Shown piece by piece: positions 29,354 through 39,166 of a DNA stretch of 64,000 bases (positions are counted from its first letter, which is position 1; the number at the start of each line of letters is the position of its first letter). The DNA is from a virus, in IMG/VR virus record IMGVR_UViG_3300010354_000051, positions 54,720-118,719 of that record. One strand, 5' to 3'. A program made the translations under genes and the position numbers. The notes below the pieces were generated by a model. It ran no database searches. It had not been told where the DNA came from and saw only the letters and a program-made list of their open reading frames with translations.

Positions 29354-31600
29354 TTAAATTTGAGTGATAGTTAGGTCGTCTACCCAGCCAGAGAAAGTTG
29401 TACCTCCCCAGGCTTCTGCCAGTATCTCAACCACACCTATCTCAGTAGGTGTAAAAGAGATAGAAACTTGTTGCCAAGAGTTAGTAGAAGTTGCAAGGGT
29501 TGCTACGTCGTCCGGCACGCCGGAGATCTGACCCCCTTTACAAATTAAACGCAGATTTAGAGAGGCATTATCCCGGTATAGCCATACTTTGACTGTAACA
29601 AGCGAGTTAGCTGAACAAGCCACTTTAGCCAAACTTAAACATACTGGCCGGATCGAGTTTCGAAGGACTGTTGAAGTAGGTTGAAGTTTCCAACTAATGC
29701 CGGAGGGAGTTTTTCTTTGATCTGTCGCACTGGATATTAGCCCGCCGTCCATGAAGATTTTGTGGTTGCCCACTACCCCGTCGTGATTTTGTGAAAATAT
29801 TCTGGTCGGGTTATAGTTAGGAAGAAAAACTTCTAGAGTGTCAGATAGGATACAGTTGTTCAGATAGCAGTCTGTAACAGACCCGGACGCGGATAAAGCA
29901 TAGCTACCGTTATCTAGAAAAGTGATATTGGAAACAGTTGTTGCACCGATGTTAGTTGTAATTCCCGTAGCTGAGCAATTAGCTATTAGAGCGCTAGTCG
30001 AAGATGTAGATTTTACGTTATAGTAAGACTGGTTAAATGATATAGCGTTGGAGGGGATAGAAACAAGTTTATTCGTTATTTCTACATCAAGTGAAAATAT
30101 GGCAGAAGTTGAGTTTATAAAACTTACTAATGACGCCACTGAGGAGTAGTAAAATCCAACACGTAACCTGCAATTGCTAGTTGTGTTGGGTAGAGTCACA
30201 GGCTCGGTCTGAAATGCAGTTAGAGATCCAAAACTAAACTTACAAAAGCTAGCAGTTCCAGGAAAGCTCAACGCCCTGTTAAATCTACATAGAGATAAGG
30301 TTTCTATTTCTACAAACTCTCTACTAGTCAGGTTAAGAGCAAGACCGTTACCATTTCTCCCATCTAGCCATGTTTCTGAAGTCTGTGTGCTCATGTCTGT
30401 ACGATCCCAGCCACCAGAAAATACAATCGGGTTACCATCAGTGCCAGAGTTATTAACTACTTGAGAGGTGGTGGTTGTTGAGGCTAAAGGACCCAGAGCG
30501 ATAGTTTCCCTCTTCCAAGTAGTTATAGTTTCACTGATTCCATAGTAACCTCTGTTATTGGTACTGGTCAGCAGAGTATTAGTATCACAATCCAACATTA
30601 CTCTAGTTCCGTTAATACTTTGAATAGGCCACCAAGATTCAGTCGCTGTATTTTTACCTATTAGACTGGCCAAATTCAAACTGTCCGGAGAATTACTGTT
30701 CTTGCAAGCAATTATATTGTTAATAAGAAATGTCTGTGCGCCATTGTCCGTATTCACATAAAAAGCAATACTTCGTATCGAACTACCCAAATTAACACCT
30801 AAGTTGGTGGTTACTAAAGTCCATCTGCCCGTAGCAGCCAAACCTATAATACTTACAGTATTGACTGCAACTGCCCCAGCAGTATCAGAACATAGTCGGA
30901 GTTCAATAGAGCCCGCAGCACCTACCGTGCCTGCGGTCTGCTTGATCCAAAAAGAAACTTGTTGATAACCGGACAAATCTAAAGTTCCGGTAGGCCAGTA
31001 GGCTGCTAGGCCTGTAGTAAAAGCCGCCCCTATATCAATACTATCTGAATAGCTATGCTCTCTCCAGTCAGCAGTGTTCAAAGCGGTGACTACGTTAGCT
31101 GAAGCTGTCCAAGCAACCCTGTTGGGTCCAGTGCTAGCTATGCTCTGTGTAACAGGCGAGGATAAAATAATTCTTGTGTTATTTCTTAACCTGAGAGTAC
31201 CTCCACTGACTCTGTTACCGCTACCAACCGAACCATTCAAAGTGAATGTGTTAGCACCAGTAACCGTAATTTCCCATGTACCATTAGCTGCTTCATTGCC
31301 AACTACACCGCTTAAGGTAATAGTATCTCCTGTGCTATAGCCATGGTTAGAGGATGTTATAGCGATAGGGGTAGCATTAGTTGCAGCGCTGATTGTTTTT
31401 GTAGCCTGGAGGACACCAGAAGTCCACACCCCATTCACACCCAAGCTGGTAGGGCTAGGGCTAGCCATTATCCTTATAGTATCACCCGGAGCTATTCGGC
31501 CTGACGTAGCACCAGACGTTAGTGTTTTCCATCTGGTGGCGAACGTCGTCCCAGAGTTGGCATCATTACCGTTTTCAAAATCCAGGTAGTAAATGGCCAT
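29354..31600 (-). CDS. Tail fibre or spike protein with beta-helix and HGxxxGD module
   Basis: YYLDFENGNDANSG...WKT...PGDTIRI start; TNATPIAITSSNHGYSTGDTITLSG module; beta-helix C-terminal half. Confidence 0.65.
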   Translation of the reverse strand: MAIYYLDFENGNDANSGTTFATRWKTLTSGATSGRIAPGDTIRIMASPSPTSLGVNGVWTSGVLQATKTISAATNATPIAITSSNHGYSTGDTITLSGVVGNEAANGTWEITVTGANTFTLNGSVGSGNRVSGGTLRLRNNTRIILSSPVTQSIASTGPNRVAWTASANVVTALNTADWREHSYSDSIDIGAAFTTGLAAYWPTGTLDLSGYQQVSFWIKQTAGTVGAAGSIELRLCSDTAGAVAVNTVSIIGLAATGRWTLVTTNLGVNLGSSIRSIAFYVNTDNGAQTFLINNIIACKNSNSPDSLNLASLIGKNTATESWWPIQSINGTRVMLDCDTNTLLTSTNNRGYYGISETITTWKRETIALGPLASTTTTSQVVNNSGTDGNPIVFSGGWDRTDMSTQTSETWLDGRNGNGLALNLTSREFVEIETLSLCRFNRALSFPGTASFCKFSFGSLTAFQTEPVTLPNTTSNCRLRVGFYYSSVASLVSFINSTSAIFSLDVEITNKLVSIPSNAISFNQSYYNVKSTSSTSALIANCSATGITTNIGATTVSNITFLDNGSYALSASGSVTDCYLNNCILSDTLEVFLPNYNPTRIFSQNHDGVVGNHKIFMDGGLISSATDQRKTPSGISWKLQPTSTVLRNSIRPVCLSLAKVACSANSLVTVKVWLYRDNASLNLRLICKGGQISGVPDDVATLATSTNSWQQVSISFTPTEIGVVEILAEAWGGTTFSGWVDDLTITQI

Positions 31601-31604
31601 ACTA

Positions 31605-32054
31605 TCAGGTTACAGTCAGAAGGCCGTTTACTTGGTCGAAGTCAATAGTTAGAGTTTCCCCGTTAAGCAGAGTAATCGAACTGCCATAGTCATAATACCC
31701 AATTAAAGGGTTGGCTGGAGACACCGGAGTGCTATTGTACAAGTACACATACCGGAACGGCCCGACATCACCGTTAGCTGTCAGTACAAGGTCGGAGCAA
31801 ACCAATTTATAAGTTCCGCTAGTCTGATCGCTACTTGTAGTAGTTACGTTTCTAGGGTTAGTACCGCTTAAGTTGGTATAGTCTACTTGAGTGACGTTAG
31901 CCAGAATACACGCAGCGGTAGTACTGTTCGGATTAGTAGACTCGGATGACGGAGCCGTATTGCTCAGAGCAACGACTAGCTGATTGCTGCCCAGATTATG
32001 AACACCTTCGGAGAGATGCTCTACAAACCCGTTGAGTTTATTGAAGATGGCCAT
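31605..32054 (-). CDS. Conserved phage virion/tail protein
   Basis: [11 protein letters not shown]...[12 protein letters not shown]...[10 protein letters not shown]...[21 protein letters not shown]. Confidence 0.6.
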   Translation of the reverse strand: MAIFNKLNGFVEHLSEGVHNLGSNQLVVALSNTAPSSESTNPNSTTAACILANVTQVDYTNLSGTNPRNVTTTSSDQTSGTYKLVCSDLVLTANGDVGPFRYVYLYNSTPVSPANPLIGYYDYGSSITLLNGETLTIDFDQVNGLLTVT

Positions 32055-32075
32055 TAGATTTTCCTATAAGGTCGG

Positions 32076-32687
32076 TTAAATTTCTACCGAGACATTGAAT
32101 TCTCGGACAGTGCCTTCTACTTGGGTGATTTTGACCCATAAGTAGTTATCCGGTGGGATAGGCATATTCTGTACTACTATTAATTCACCGGTAGTAGAGT
32201 TGGTTATGGTTTTAGGAACGCAGGCGAGGGTCCCCTGATTCGACCTGTTATTCGAGTAACGAAGTTCAAAAGTTACAGAAGGGTTGGTCCCTCTGACTAC
32301 TCCCAAAGCTTGAGTAATAGTAGTGGGGTACTGGGTATAAAAAAGAGTGAATTCGTCTCCTGCACGGGGTGAATCAATGCTTATGGCTTTGGGCGGTCCA
32401 GGATCTCCTTTAGGGCCAGGGACAAGCAATGAAACCCCATCCGGCCATTGCCCGTTTTCCTTCGGCCCAAATAAATCCCCGGATGACCGATTGATATAGA
32501 AATCTCCATTTTTACCTAAGCCAGGGGTCGGGTCTACTACACCGGATAGCAAAGTCGCTTGTGAAAAAAGCTCGACAGCCTGCTCAAGGATAAGCGGATC
32601 GTTGTCGTCTACAGCCCGTGGCAAATTGACGATACGGCTAGAGCCTTTAAAATCGTAGTTGGTATATATTGGTCTGTATTTTGACAT
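32076..32687 (-). CDS. Tail-fibre-associated protein with short collagen motif
   Basis: GVVDPTPGLGKNGDFYINRSSGDLFGPK...GPKGDPGPP. Confidence 0.6.
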   Translation of the reverse strand: MSKYRPIYTNYDFKGSSRIVNLPRAVDDNDPLILEQAVELFSQATLLSGVVDPTPGLGKNGDFYINRSSGDLFGPKENGQWPDGVSLLVPGPKGDPGPPKAISIDSPRAGDEFTLFYTQYPTTITQALGVVRGTNPSVTFELRYSNNRSNQGTLACVPKTITNSTTGELIVVQNMPIPPDNYLWVKITQVEGTVREFNVSVEI

Positions 32688-33385
32688 CAGAGCAGCCTGG
32701 CAAATCCGGATACAGGTGTAGTAAAATATATTATGGTTTGATAGATGCTTGGGTGAGTTACATCCGCATCTATTTCTTGGCCACTGCCATTAAATAGTTC
32801 GACTGAGGGTATAAATCCAAGGTTATGGTTAATGACCCACTCGTCAGAAGGAGCTTGTTGTTGGTGATTAAACCCGGAAGGGTTGGGGTTATTAGTACTG
32901 TAGTTGATCGATTGTAACCATTCTTGCTCCGTACCAACAAACCCATTAGCCACAGCAATCTCATAAGCACTCGCCCCGAACCTATTTGGCGGTACTCCGG
33001 GCAAAGTATACTCTTGATCGGGTATAGAAGGATAAAATCCTACCAGAAGCATTTCTCCCACACCTGGAATATCCTCTCTATTCGGGCGTTCTTTCAAGCC
33101 AGAGGCATAGGACGATGTGGTCAGGTATTCACCAGGCTCTGTCCATTTTTGCCAGCCCCACATGTCCTCAATACCTAGTAGGTGAGGGACCTGGCCCATT
33201 TGGTCGGCATGTCTTGCCCGCAAATTGCGACTAGGGCCGGGATTCACCCTGTTCCTATCCCTCAAATACTCAGCAGAAGATAGCATTTGCCGGGTAAGAG
33301 AACTCATCTGAGTCTCTCTAGACCGGTAGTCAGCAACATCCCTGACGCCGATCCACCTCTCAAATGGGTTTCTCTTGACAGACAC
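32687..33385 (-). CDS. Tail-fibre-associated protein
   Basis: GASAYEIAVANGFVGTEQEWL motif plus HQQQAPSDEWVINHNLG..P C-terminal domain; late motif at 33404. Confidence 0.6.
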   Translation of the reverse strand: MSVKRNPFERWIGVRDVADYRSRETQMSSLTRQMLSSAEYLRDRNRVNPGPSRNLRARHADQMGQVPHLLGIEDMWGWQKWTEPGEYLTTSSYASGLKERPNREDIPGVGEMLLVGFYPSIPDQEYTLPGVPPNRFGASAYEIAVANGFVGTEQEWLQSINYSTNNPNPSGFNHQQQAPSDEWVINHNLGFIPSVELFNGSGQEIDADVTHPSIYQTIIYFTTPVSGFARLL

Positions 33386-33403
33386 TTGATAATCTCCTAA
33401 CCA

Positions 33404-33412
33404 GCTTTCAAC
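33404..33412 (-). promoter_or_regulatory. Putative late promoter motif GTTGAAAGC
   Basis: Upstream of the fibre operon start at 33385. Confidence 0.65.
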
Positions 33413-33462
33413 ATGACGATTCTTGAAAAACTAGGTGAAATTTATATGTTAAGAAGAGGTTT

Positions 33463-33870
33463 ATGGCACTCAGCGCAAAACAAATGAGGGATCTGGAGTC
33501 AGTTGCAACTGAGTCAGTGACTGATTTCGACTTCGGTGAACCGGAAGTATTGAGCGTAGAAATCGCTCCGGGCAAGTTTCTTTCCCTGCAAGAACCTAGT
33601 GCGGAGGACTTAATTGAAATTGGTAAGGTAGAGTCGGCTTTGGGCAAAGAAGGTACGGAGGAAATCGAAGTTACTCTTCGTATCATTTGCATCATGCACC
33701 ACCCTACGGCAGGTCAGAGAAAACTAACCCTCAAAGATGCTAGAAAGCTGCGTTCTAAGCAAATTGCCAAACTAGCGGCGGGGATTAAGGAGCTGATTGG
33801 TGGTGAACAGGATGACGACGACACCAAAAGTGACGACGGCACCGGAAGTGACGACGAAGATAAACTATAA
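33463..33870 (+). CDS. Tail assembly chaperone-like protein
   Basis: LSLQEPSAEDL...LTLKDARKL...IKELIG resembles myophage TAC proteins; lies upstream of the sheath gene. Confidence 0.5.
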   Translation: MALSAKQMRDLESVATESVTDFDFGEPEVLSVEIAPGKFLSLQEPSAEDLIEIGKVESALGKEGTEEIEVTLRIICIMHHPTAGQRKLTLKDARKLRSKQIAKLAAGIKELIGGEQDDDDTKSDDGTGSDDEDKL

Positions 33871-34285
33871 CTATACGGTAAGTTGCATAGACTCTAAAAA
33901 CAATGCCTTGGTATTCAGAGACATGCTAGGGTCTGATTTAGAGTTTTTTGACAGTGTAGTTATCAGGAAAGACAACCTACTATCTCTCAATTCGGGCAAG
34001 ATTATAGAAGTATTGCAGAGGCTACTCGTCTCTCCAACAATACGAATCGAGTCACTAACTCCTCGAGCCATAAGAGCAGTCTTCTTGTCCGTTTCGGAGA
34101 ACATAATAAAAAACTACATGCCTAAGGAGGACTGGTTAAGACAATGTTACTCGATTCAGAACGGCTCATTTCAGAATATCGCGCAGATGGAAGAAGTTCC
34201 AATGTCGAAATTTACCGCTATGTGTGTCATACACAAAGAGGCTATGGAGTTAATGAATAATGATAAGCCCGCAGAGCAAATTTAG
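33812..34285 (+). CDS. Second tail assembly chaperone-like protein
   Basis: LVFRDMLGSDL...; C-terminal DWL...MEEVPMSKF; ATG at 33812 lies inside the previous ORF. Confidence 0.4.
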   Translation: MTTTPKVTTAPEVTTKINYNYTVSCIDSKNNALVFRDMLGSDLEFFDSVVIRKDNLLSLNSGKIIEVLQRLLVSPTIRIESLTPRAIRAVFLSVSENIIKNYMPKEDWLRQCYSIQNGSFQNIAQMEEVPMSKFTAMCVIHKEAMELMNNDKPAEQI

Positions 34286-34550
34286 TGACGAGGTTACTAG
34301 CGACGAGCTTCTCTCGCTGATGGTAATTCTCTATCGAATTTGCCTTGACAGGGATATTGTCAACCTGAACCGATTTGTAGTCGTATCATCAAAAATAATG
34401 GGGGTGGAGGATTTTAACAAGCTTTTGAGGACTGTTGTGAGAATGTTGGGCGGTAGTAAGTGCGGAGATTCGCTGTGTTCGGATTGGGTTATGACGAAAC
34501 TTTATGAAATTTATACCTCATACGGGGCTAATCCAGCTCCTGATTTGTAA
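34260..34550 (+). CDS. Hypothetical protein
   Basis: 96-aa ORF in the operon. Confidence 0.5.
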   Translation: MISPQSKFSDEVTSDELLSLMVILYRICLDRDIVNLNRFVVVSSKIMGVEDFNKLLRTVVRMLGGSKCGDSLCSDWVMTKLYEIYTSYGANPAPDL

Positions 34551-34566
34551 AAATCGCAAAAACAGG

Positions 34567-34575
34567 GGTGAAAGC
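34567..34575 (+). promoter_or_regulatory. Putative late promoter motif GGTGAAAGC
   Basis: Upstream of the sheath gene. Confidence 0.65.
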
Positions 34576-34610
34576 TAATAGAGAGGTCTGTACACTAATG
34601 GAGATCAACC

Positions 34611-37439
34611 TTGGCTAATCAAGTCACCGTTAATGCAGCTACCCTAAATCGTCCGGGAGTTTTTGTTACCCAGACGGCCACTGGTGGTCTGCCACAGCCT
34701 ATCGCAAGCCATGCCGTAGCGTACCTGTTCGGTACTACTGCGGCCGATGAATACTATGAAGGCAATGCGGAAGGCATTTATTCCCCCTACCTACCTTACA
34801 CTCTAACCCAAGTAGCCTCTGAGCAGGATTTTTTGGCTAAGACTGGTGGTAGCAAACCTGTTGGTAGCCCTGGAGCACTAACTACTTACGACTCGGTCAA
34901 AGCATTTTTTGACAACGTAGGCACTAATGGGATCCTTTACTTCAGTAGAGTTACCCCAACCCCCGAAACAGTAATCGATCTGAGCCTGAGCGGTGCTGGT
35001 GCAGGATATAATGCGTTTGCGATCAAGGTAAACGGCAGATACTTCGGCACTCCGATTGGTGTGAACGATGTAGACGGCGATGAGATCAGAGTTATCTCTA
35101 CGACCGCTCTGGACGTGGTAGATAATGCTAGAGACCTTTTCGTTTTTCTGTCCGGTACAGACTCCGATGACTTCTCCAGCTTCTATCAAGTAGAGCAAAC
35201 TGCAACAGAAGCCACTCAGGCCAAGTTCAGAATCTTCTCCAGAGACAATACTCTGCTCCCTGAAGTTGAGAGATTTGTCGCTTATCAGTTTAGCGACACT
35301 TCCTACCTCAACCCGCTCAGCCTCAACACCAGCAACGTAGTAAAACTCTACACCTCGGTAAAAGAGATCAACTTCCGTTGCAATAGCAGAGAGATCGCAA
35401 CGGGTGAAGGCATCCTCTATATCGACGGTTCGGCCCTCAGCCTGTACGTCCAGGCCGCCAACGACGCTGTCTCCGGCACTTACGATCCGTCAGTAGATCA
35501 GTCAGACATTATCGTTGACTATCTGCTCGATCAGGGTGTCTATACCGCTGACACCGCTATTCCCGATGACAAGATTATCGCAGTTAGCAAGGACTTTAGC
35601 TCGGGTGCTGGCAGTGGTGACAAGTGGCTAGACGTTAATGCGGTGTACTGGAGATATGATCTGGGCACGACCACCTTTGCAAAAATCGTATCCGGTTCTA
35701 ATAGCGCTGTTCCCACCGGCTCGGTAACGACCACGGGCGGAGTTACTACTCGCACAGGCTATCTTCCCGACTCGGTTCAGGTGTTCTATGTGTCTGTGGC
35801 TGGAGAGAACCGGGCAATTATTGTCAATGGCGCCACTCCTAGCGAACTAACTGTAAACCTGAAAAACGAGCTTGTAGCTATCCTGGCCGAAAAAGGTCTA
35901 GCTCAGTATTACGACCTGGAAGCAGTAACGACCAATGCCAACTACAGCGGCACTTCCTACGCCCCTAATAATGGCTACGGAGTGAGCAACCTGATCTCAG
36001 TAGCCGGTGCGCCGTTTATCCGCCCGGATATTGAAGAGATTGCACTGTCAGGTACTTTGGCTATTTCTTCCGGTACTGTTACTGGCTCGAACACTAAGTT
36101 CACTGAAGAGCTAGGTGTAGGCAGTGTGTTTGTTGCTAACGGGACCAGATTCACTGTAACTGCCCTTACCAGCGACACAGCCCTGACGGTTACCCCGTCT
36201 ACCGTAACCGTCGCCTCTGGCTCTAGCGCTAGCTTGGACAAGTCCTTAGCCAATGGCTTCTTCTCCCATGACTATGTGCTGCGTGTCCGTATCACGGCTA
36301 AAAATGGTCTGGTAAGCCCGGTTCTGGCTGGTACTAATCGCCAGGGTCTAGTCGACCAGAACGTGGTCAAACTGACCTCGGTTGCTGAGAATGTTGGTTA
36401 TAGCAGCTATAAGCTGACTTCATCCGCCAAAGCTCAGGACTTTGTCTACGGCATTGAAAAGAGCATGACGGATACTTACTATTCGCCAGGCTTCCTGCTA
36501 GCCCCTGAGGCATATAGCTCATTGTCCTACAGCGCTGGTTCTGACATCGCTTCCAGAAGCGAAGGTATGAGAGAAAGACTGAAAGTTACCCAGTCCTTGA
36601 TCTCCGCTGCTGAAGGCCGGTTCGGTTCGACTGAAGGTATCAGCAACACTCAACATGTCGCACTGATTGACTGCGGCGGTGATTCGGAAATCCTTCCTCA
36701 TGCCCAGGAAGAGCTAGATCTGATCAAAAAGAGCGCAGGTTCATTCTATGGCCATGCCTCCTTCTTCGCTCCGTACATCAAAAACCTTGATGATAGATAT
36801 GTACCCGCTAGCGGTTTCGTAGCTGGTATCGCCTGCGGCAGATACATTAACGAAGGTTTCCAACAGCCTCCCGCTGGTGCCAGATACCCGCTACGCGGAG
36901 CTACCGGTCTCAAGTTCAACATTACTGCCCAGCAGCAGGAAGTCACCTATTCCCTAGGTCTGAACCCAATCCGGTCTCTGCCTAACCGTGGCATTGTTGT
37001 TTGGGGTTCGCGAACCCTTTCTAGCAGCCCGCTGTTCCGATTTGTCAATACTCGAGTCATACTCAACGTATTGATTGATGTGATGAACAGAAGCTTTGAC
37101 GACTTGCTGTTTGAGAATATTGATAGCGCGGGTACGGTTTACTCCAGAGTGAAATCGATCGCGTCTCAAGTACTCAACCAGTTCTACCGCCAAGGTGCTC
37201 TGTTTGGCAACAGACCTGAGCAAGCATACCTAGTCGTATGTGACGATTCCAACAACTCCACAACTCTACTCGAACAGGGTACAGTTCGTATGGATGCGTA
37301 TGTGGCTACTAGCCCGACCCTGGAGAGACTGGCTATTACAATTGCCAGAACTCCCGCCGGTCAGGTAGCCCTGTTGGCCGACTCGTTCAGTAGAAACGAG
37401 GAAAGATTTGCTGCGTTCCTGAGCGCTACTAACCTGTAA
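34611..37439 (+). CDS. Contractile tail sheath protein with large insertions
   Basis: N-terminal NRPGVFVTQ; C-terminal VPASGFVAG...QQPPAG...LNPIRSLPNRGIVVWGSRTL...FRFVNTRVILN...FENID; TTG start with GGAG RBS. Confidence 0.9.
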   Translation: MANQVTVNAATLNRPGVFVTQTATGGLPQPIASHAVAYLFGTTAADEYYEGNAEGIYSPYLPYTLTQVASEQDFLAKTGGSKPVGSPGALTTYDSVKAFFDNVGTNGILYFSRVTPTPETVIDLSLSGAGAGYNAFAIKVNGRYFGTPIGVNDVDGDEIRVISTTALDVVDNARDLFVFLSGTDSDDFSSFYQVEQTATEATQAKFRIFSRDNTLLPEVERFVAYQFSDTSYLNPLSLNTSNVVKLYTSVKEINFRCNSREIATGEGILYIDGSALSLYVQAANDAVSGTYDPSVDQSDIIVDYLLDQGVYTADTAIPDDKIIAVSKDFSSGAGSGDKWLDVNAVYWRYDLGTTTFAKIVSGSNSAVPTGSVTTTGGVTTRTGYLPDSVQVFYVSVAGENRAIIVNGATPSELTVNLKNELVAILAEKGLAQYYDLEAVTTNANYSGTSYAPNNGYGVSNLISVAGAPFIRPDIEEIALSGTLAISSGTVTGSNTKFTEELGVGSVFVANGTRFTVTALTSDTALTVTPSTVTVASGSSASLDKSLANGFFSHDYVLRVRITAKNGLVSPVLAGTNRQGLVDQNVVKLTSVAENVGYSSYKLTSSAKAQDFVYGIEKSMTDTYYSPGFLLAPEAYSSLSYSAGSDIASRSEGMRERLKVTQSLISAAEGRFGSTEGISNTQHVALIDCGGDSEILPHAQEELDLIKKSAGSFYGHASFFAPYIKNLDDRYVPASGFVAGIACGRYINEGFQQPPAGARYPLRGATGLKFNITAQQQEVTYSLGLNPIRSLPNRGIVVWGSRTLSSSPLFRFVNTRVILNVLIDVMNRSFDDLLFENIDSAGTVYSRVKSIASQVLNQFYRQGALFGNRPEQAYLVVCDDSNNSTTLLEQGTVRMDAYVATSPTLERLAITIARTPAGQVALLADSFSRNEERFAAFLSATNL

Positions 37440-37441
37440 TC

Positions 37442-39001
37442 ATGGCTCGCAGATTTCGCCAACAACCCGAAATAGTTCTCAACTCTGAGAAGCCCTTGAC
37501 AGAACAACAGCCCAGACGGGTTGTATATGTCGAGATGTTTCGGGCCGGCCCGCAGATCAGTTCTACGGGTCAGAAGATGGTGTTTTCGGAAGAAGACCTT
37601 GATCAGGTAGTGAATAGCTACCGGCCAACCAAACACGAAGCACCATTAATTATCGGCCATGACCAAGATGACAGTACACCTGCTCTAGGTCATGTCCGAG
37701 AAGTTTGGCGGAAGGGCAAATCTCTGTGGGGTAAGGTAGAACTTACCCCTAAAGCAGAAAAACTAATCCGAGACGGGGTGTTCAAAAAGGTAAGTAGCTC
37801 GTTCTACTTGCCCGATGCGGACACTAATCCCACTCCGGGTAGTCTGTCCCTTCGCCATCTCGGACTTGTGTCCATACCGGCGGTAAAAGGACTCACAGCC
37901 TTTTCCGAAACCCTACCCGAAGGCTCGATTACAATAACTCCAAGGGAGTCTTCTATTTCATTTCAAGAAAATCACCCAACTATGGCTAGAAGAAAAACCG
38001 AAGCCCCCAAGCAGCAAGTTGTCGATCACGCTGACGGCAAGGGGATGACCATTAATGTGAATATTAATGGTGTTAAGGCTAATGAGCCGGACGAAGTAAA
38101 CGAAGCCGGCTTTGAAACCCAGAATACGGGCGCTGCTGCTCCGTATGACATGGAATATGGGGATGACATGAACCCTGAATCTCCCGCACCCGGTCAGGTC
38201 GATCCGAGCCTTCAGCGAACCGACATGGTCGAAGGGCCTGATGGTGGCGGCGACATGGGCGATGAGAGCGATGGCCAGGGCGACCCGATTCCGCCCGATG
38301 GCGAAGGCCCGGACGGTGACCAGGGCGATTCCGGCCCGGACGACAGCGGTGTGGACGACATGTCCGGTGACGACGACGAGAAAGTTGCTTCAGATCTCGC
38401 CTCTAAGTACACCGAAGAACAGCTCATTATGGCCCTGTACCAGCTTGCTCAGTCTTCCAGCAATATGGCTGAAGATTGCAACATGCCCGGTTATAGCGAA
38501 GAAGAGCCTGGTGAAGAAGAGGTTTACACGGCGGAGTTCTCTGAGACTCCCGACCCTCTAGCTGAGAAAGTTGCCCAGCTTGAAGAAGAACTAGCCACTC
38601 AAAAGCGTGCTATGAGACAAAAAGAAATCTCTGATTTCTGTGAGACTCTGTACGATGATGGTAAGTTGACTCCCCAGGTTGTTTCCAGTGGCGATCTTGT
38701 TCGCTTTATGGAGACCTTGAACTCCAAGAACAGTGTGAACTTTAGCGAAAGCGGCAAAGTTTCCCAGTTCGAGTTCATGAAGTCTATGCTGGACAGCCTG
38801 CCCTCCATGGTCAGCTTCAGCGAAGTTGCAACTCAAGCCAGTGCTCCGAAGAAAGCTAAGCCGGTTCGGCCCAATGCCGAAGGTTATGTTTACGACGAGC
38901 GCAATTCCGAATTGCACTCCAAGGCTCTGAGCTACGCAGAGAAGAACAATACGGACTATATGTCCGCCCTAAGACTCGTCATCTCTGACGAAATTGACTG
39001 A
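37442..39001 (+). CDS. Mu-like prohead protease/scaffold (gpI-like)
   Basis: EMFRAG, APLIIGH, ALGHVREV..KGKSLWGKVE, FKKVSSSFY, LRHLGLVSIPAVKGL; acidic linker and coiled-coil scaffold C-terminus. Confidence 0.85.
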   Translation: MARRFRQQPEIVLNSEKPLTEQQPRRVVYVEMFRAGPQISSTGQKMVFSEEDLDQVVNSYRPTKHEAPLIIGHDQDDSTPALGHVREVWRKGKSLWGKVELTPKAEKLIRDGVFKKVSSSFYLPDADTNPTPGSLSLRHLGLVSIPAVKGLTAFSETLPEGSITITPRESSISFQENHPTMARRKTEAPKQQVVDHADGKGMTINVNINGVKANEPDEVNEAGFETQNTGAAAPYDMEYGDDMNPESPAPGQVDPSLQRTDMVEGPDGGGDMGDESDGQGDPIPPDGEGPDGDQGDSGPDDSGVDDMSGDDDEKVASDLASKYTEEQLIMALYQLAQSSSNMAEDCNMPGYSEEEPGEEEVYTAEFSETPDPLAEKVAQLEEELATQKRAMRQKEISDFCETLYDDGKLTPQVVSSGDLVRFMETLNSKNSVNFSESGKVSQFEFMKSMLDSLPSMVSFSEVATQASAPKKAKPVRPNAEGYVYDERNSELHSKALSYAEKNNTDYMSALRLVISDEID

Positions 39002-39024
39002 AGCCTGTTGAAGGCTTATTAGCT

Positions 39025-39129
39025 GATCAGTGTAACAACGGTTGGGGGAGAGTAATCTCCCCTTATCGGCAGATAGCTGAGACTATCTGTTCTGGTTACA
39101 CAGAGTAGTAGAAATACTATCAACTGATC
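39025..39129 (+). ncRNA. Putative structured leader RNA of the capsid operon
   Basis: Five nested or adjacent stems in a 165-nt intergenic gap (see findings). Confidence 0.5.
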
Positions 39130-39166
39130 GGGACGATCAATCTAACTCACACGGAGACTTAACTAC

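Noticed and set aside
38212-38917. Overlapping ORFs within the protease/scaffold gene
   Set aside because: By-products of the GC-rich, low-complexity acidic linker and biased codon usage
39025-39129. Hammerhead ribozyme (CUGA and GAAA words present)
   Set aside because: CUGANGA and GAAA are not arranged around a three-stem core; both lie in hairpin loops
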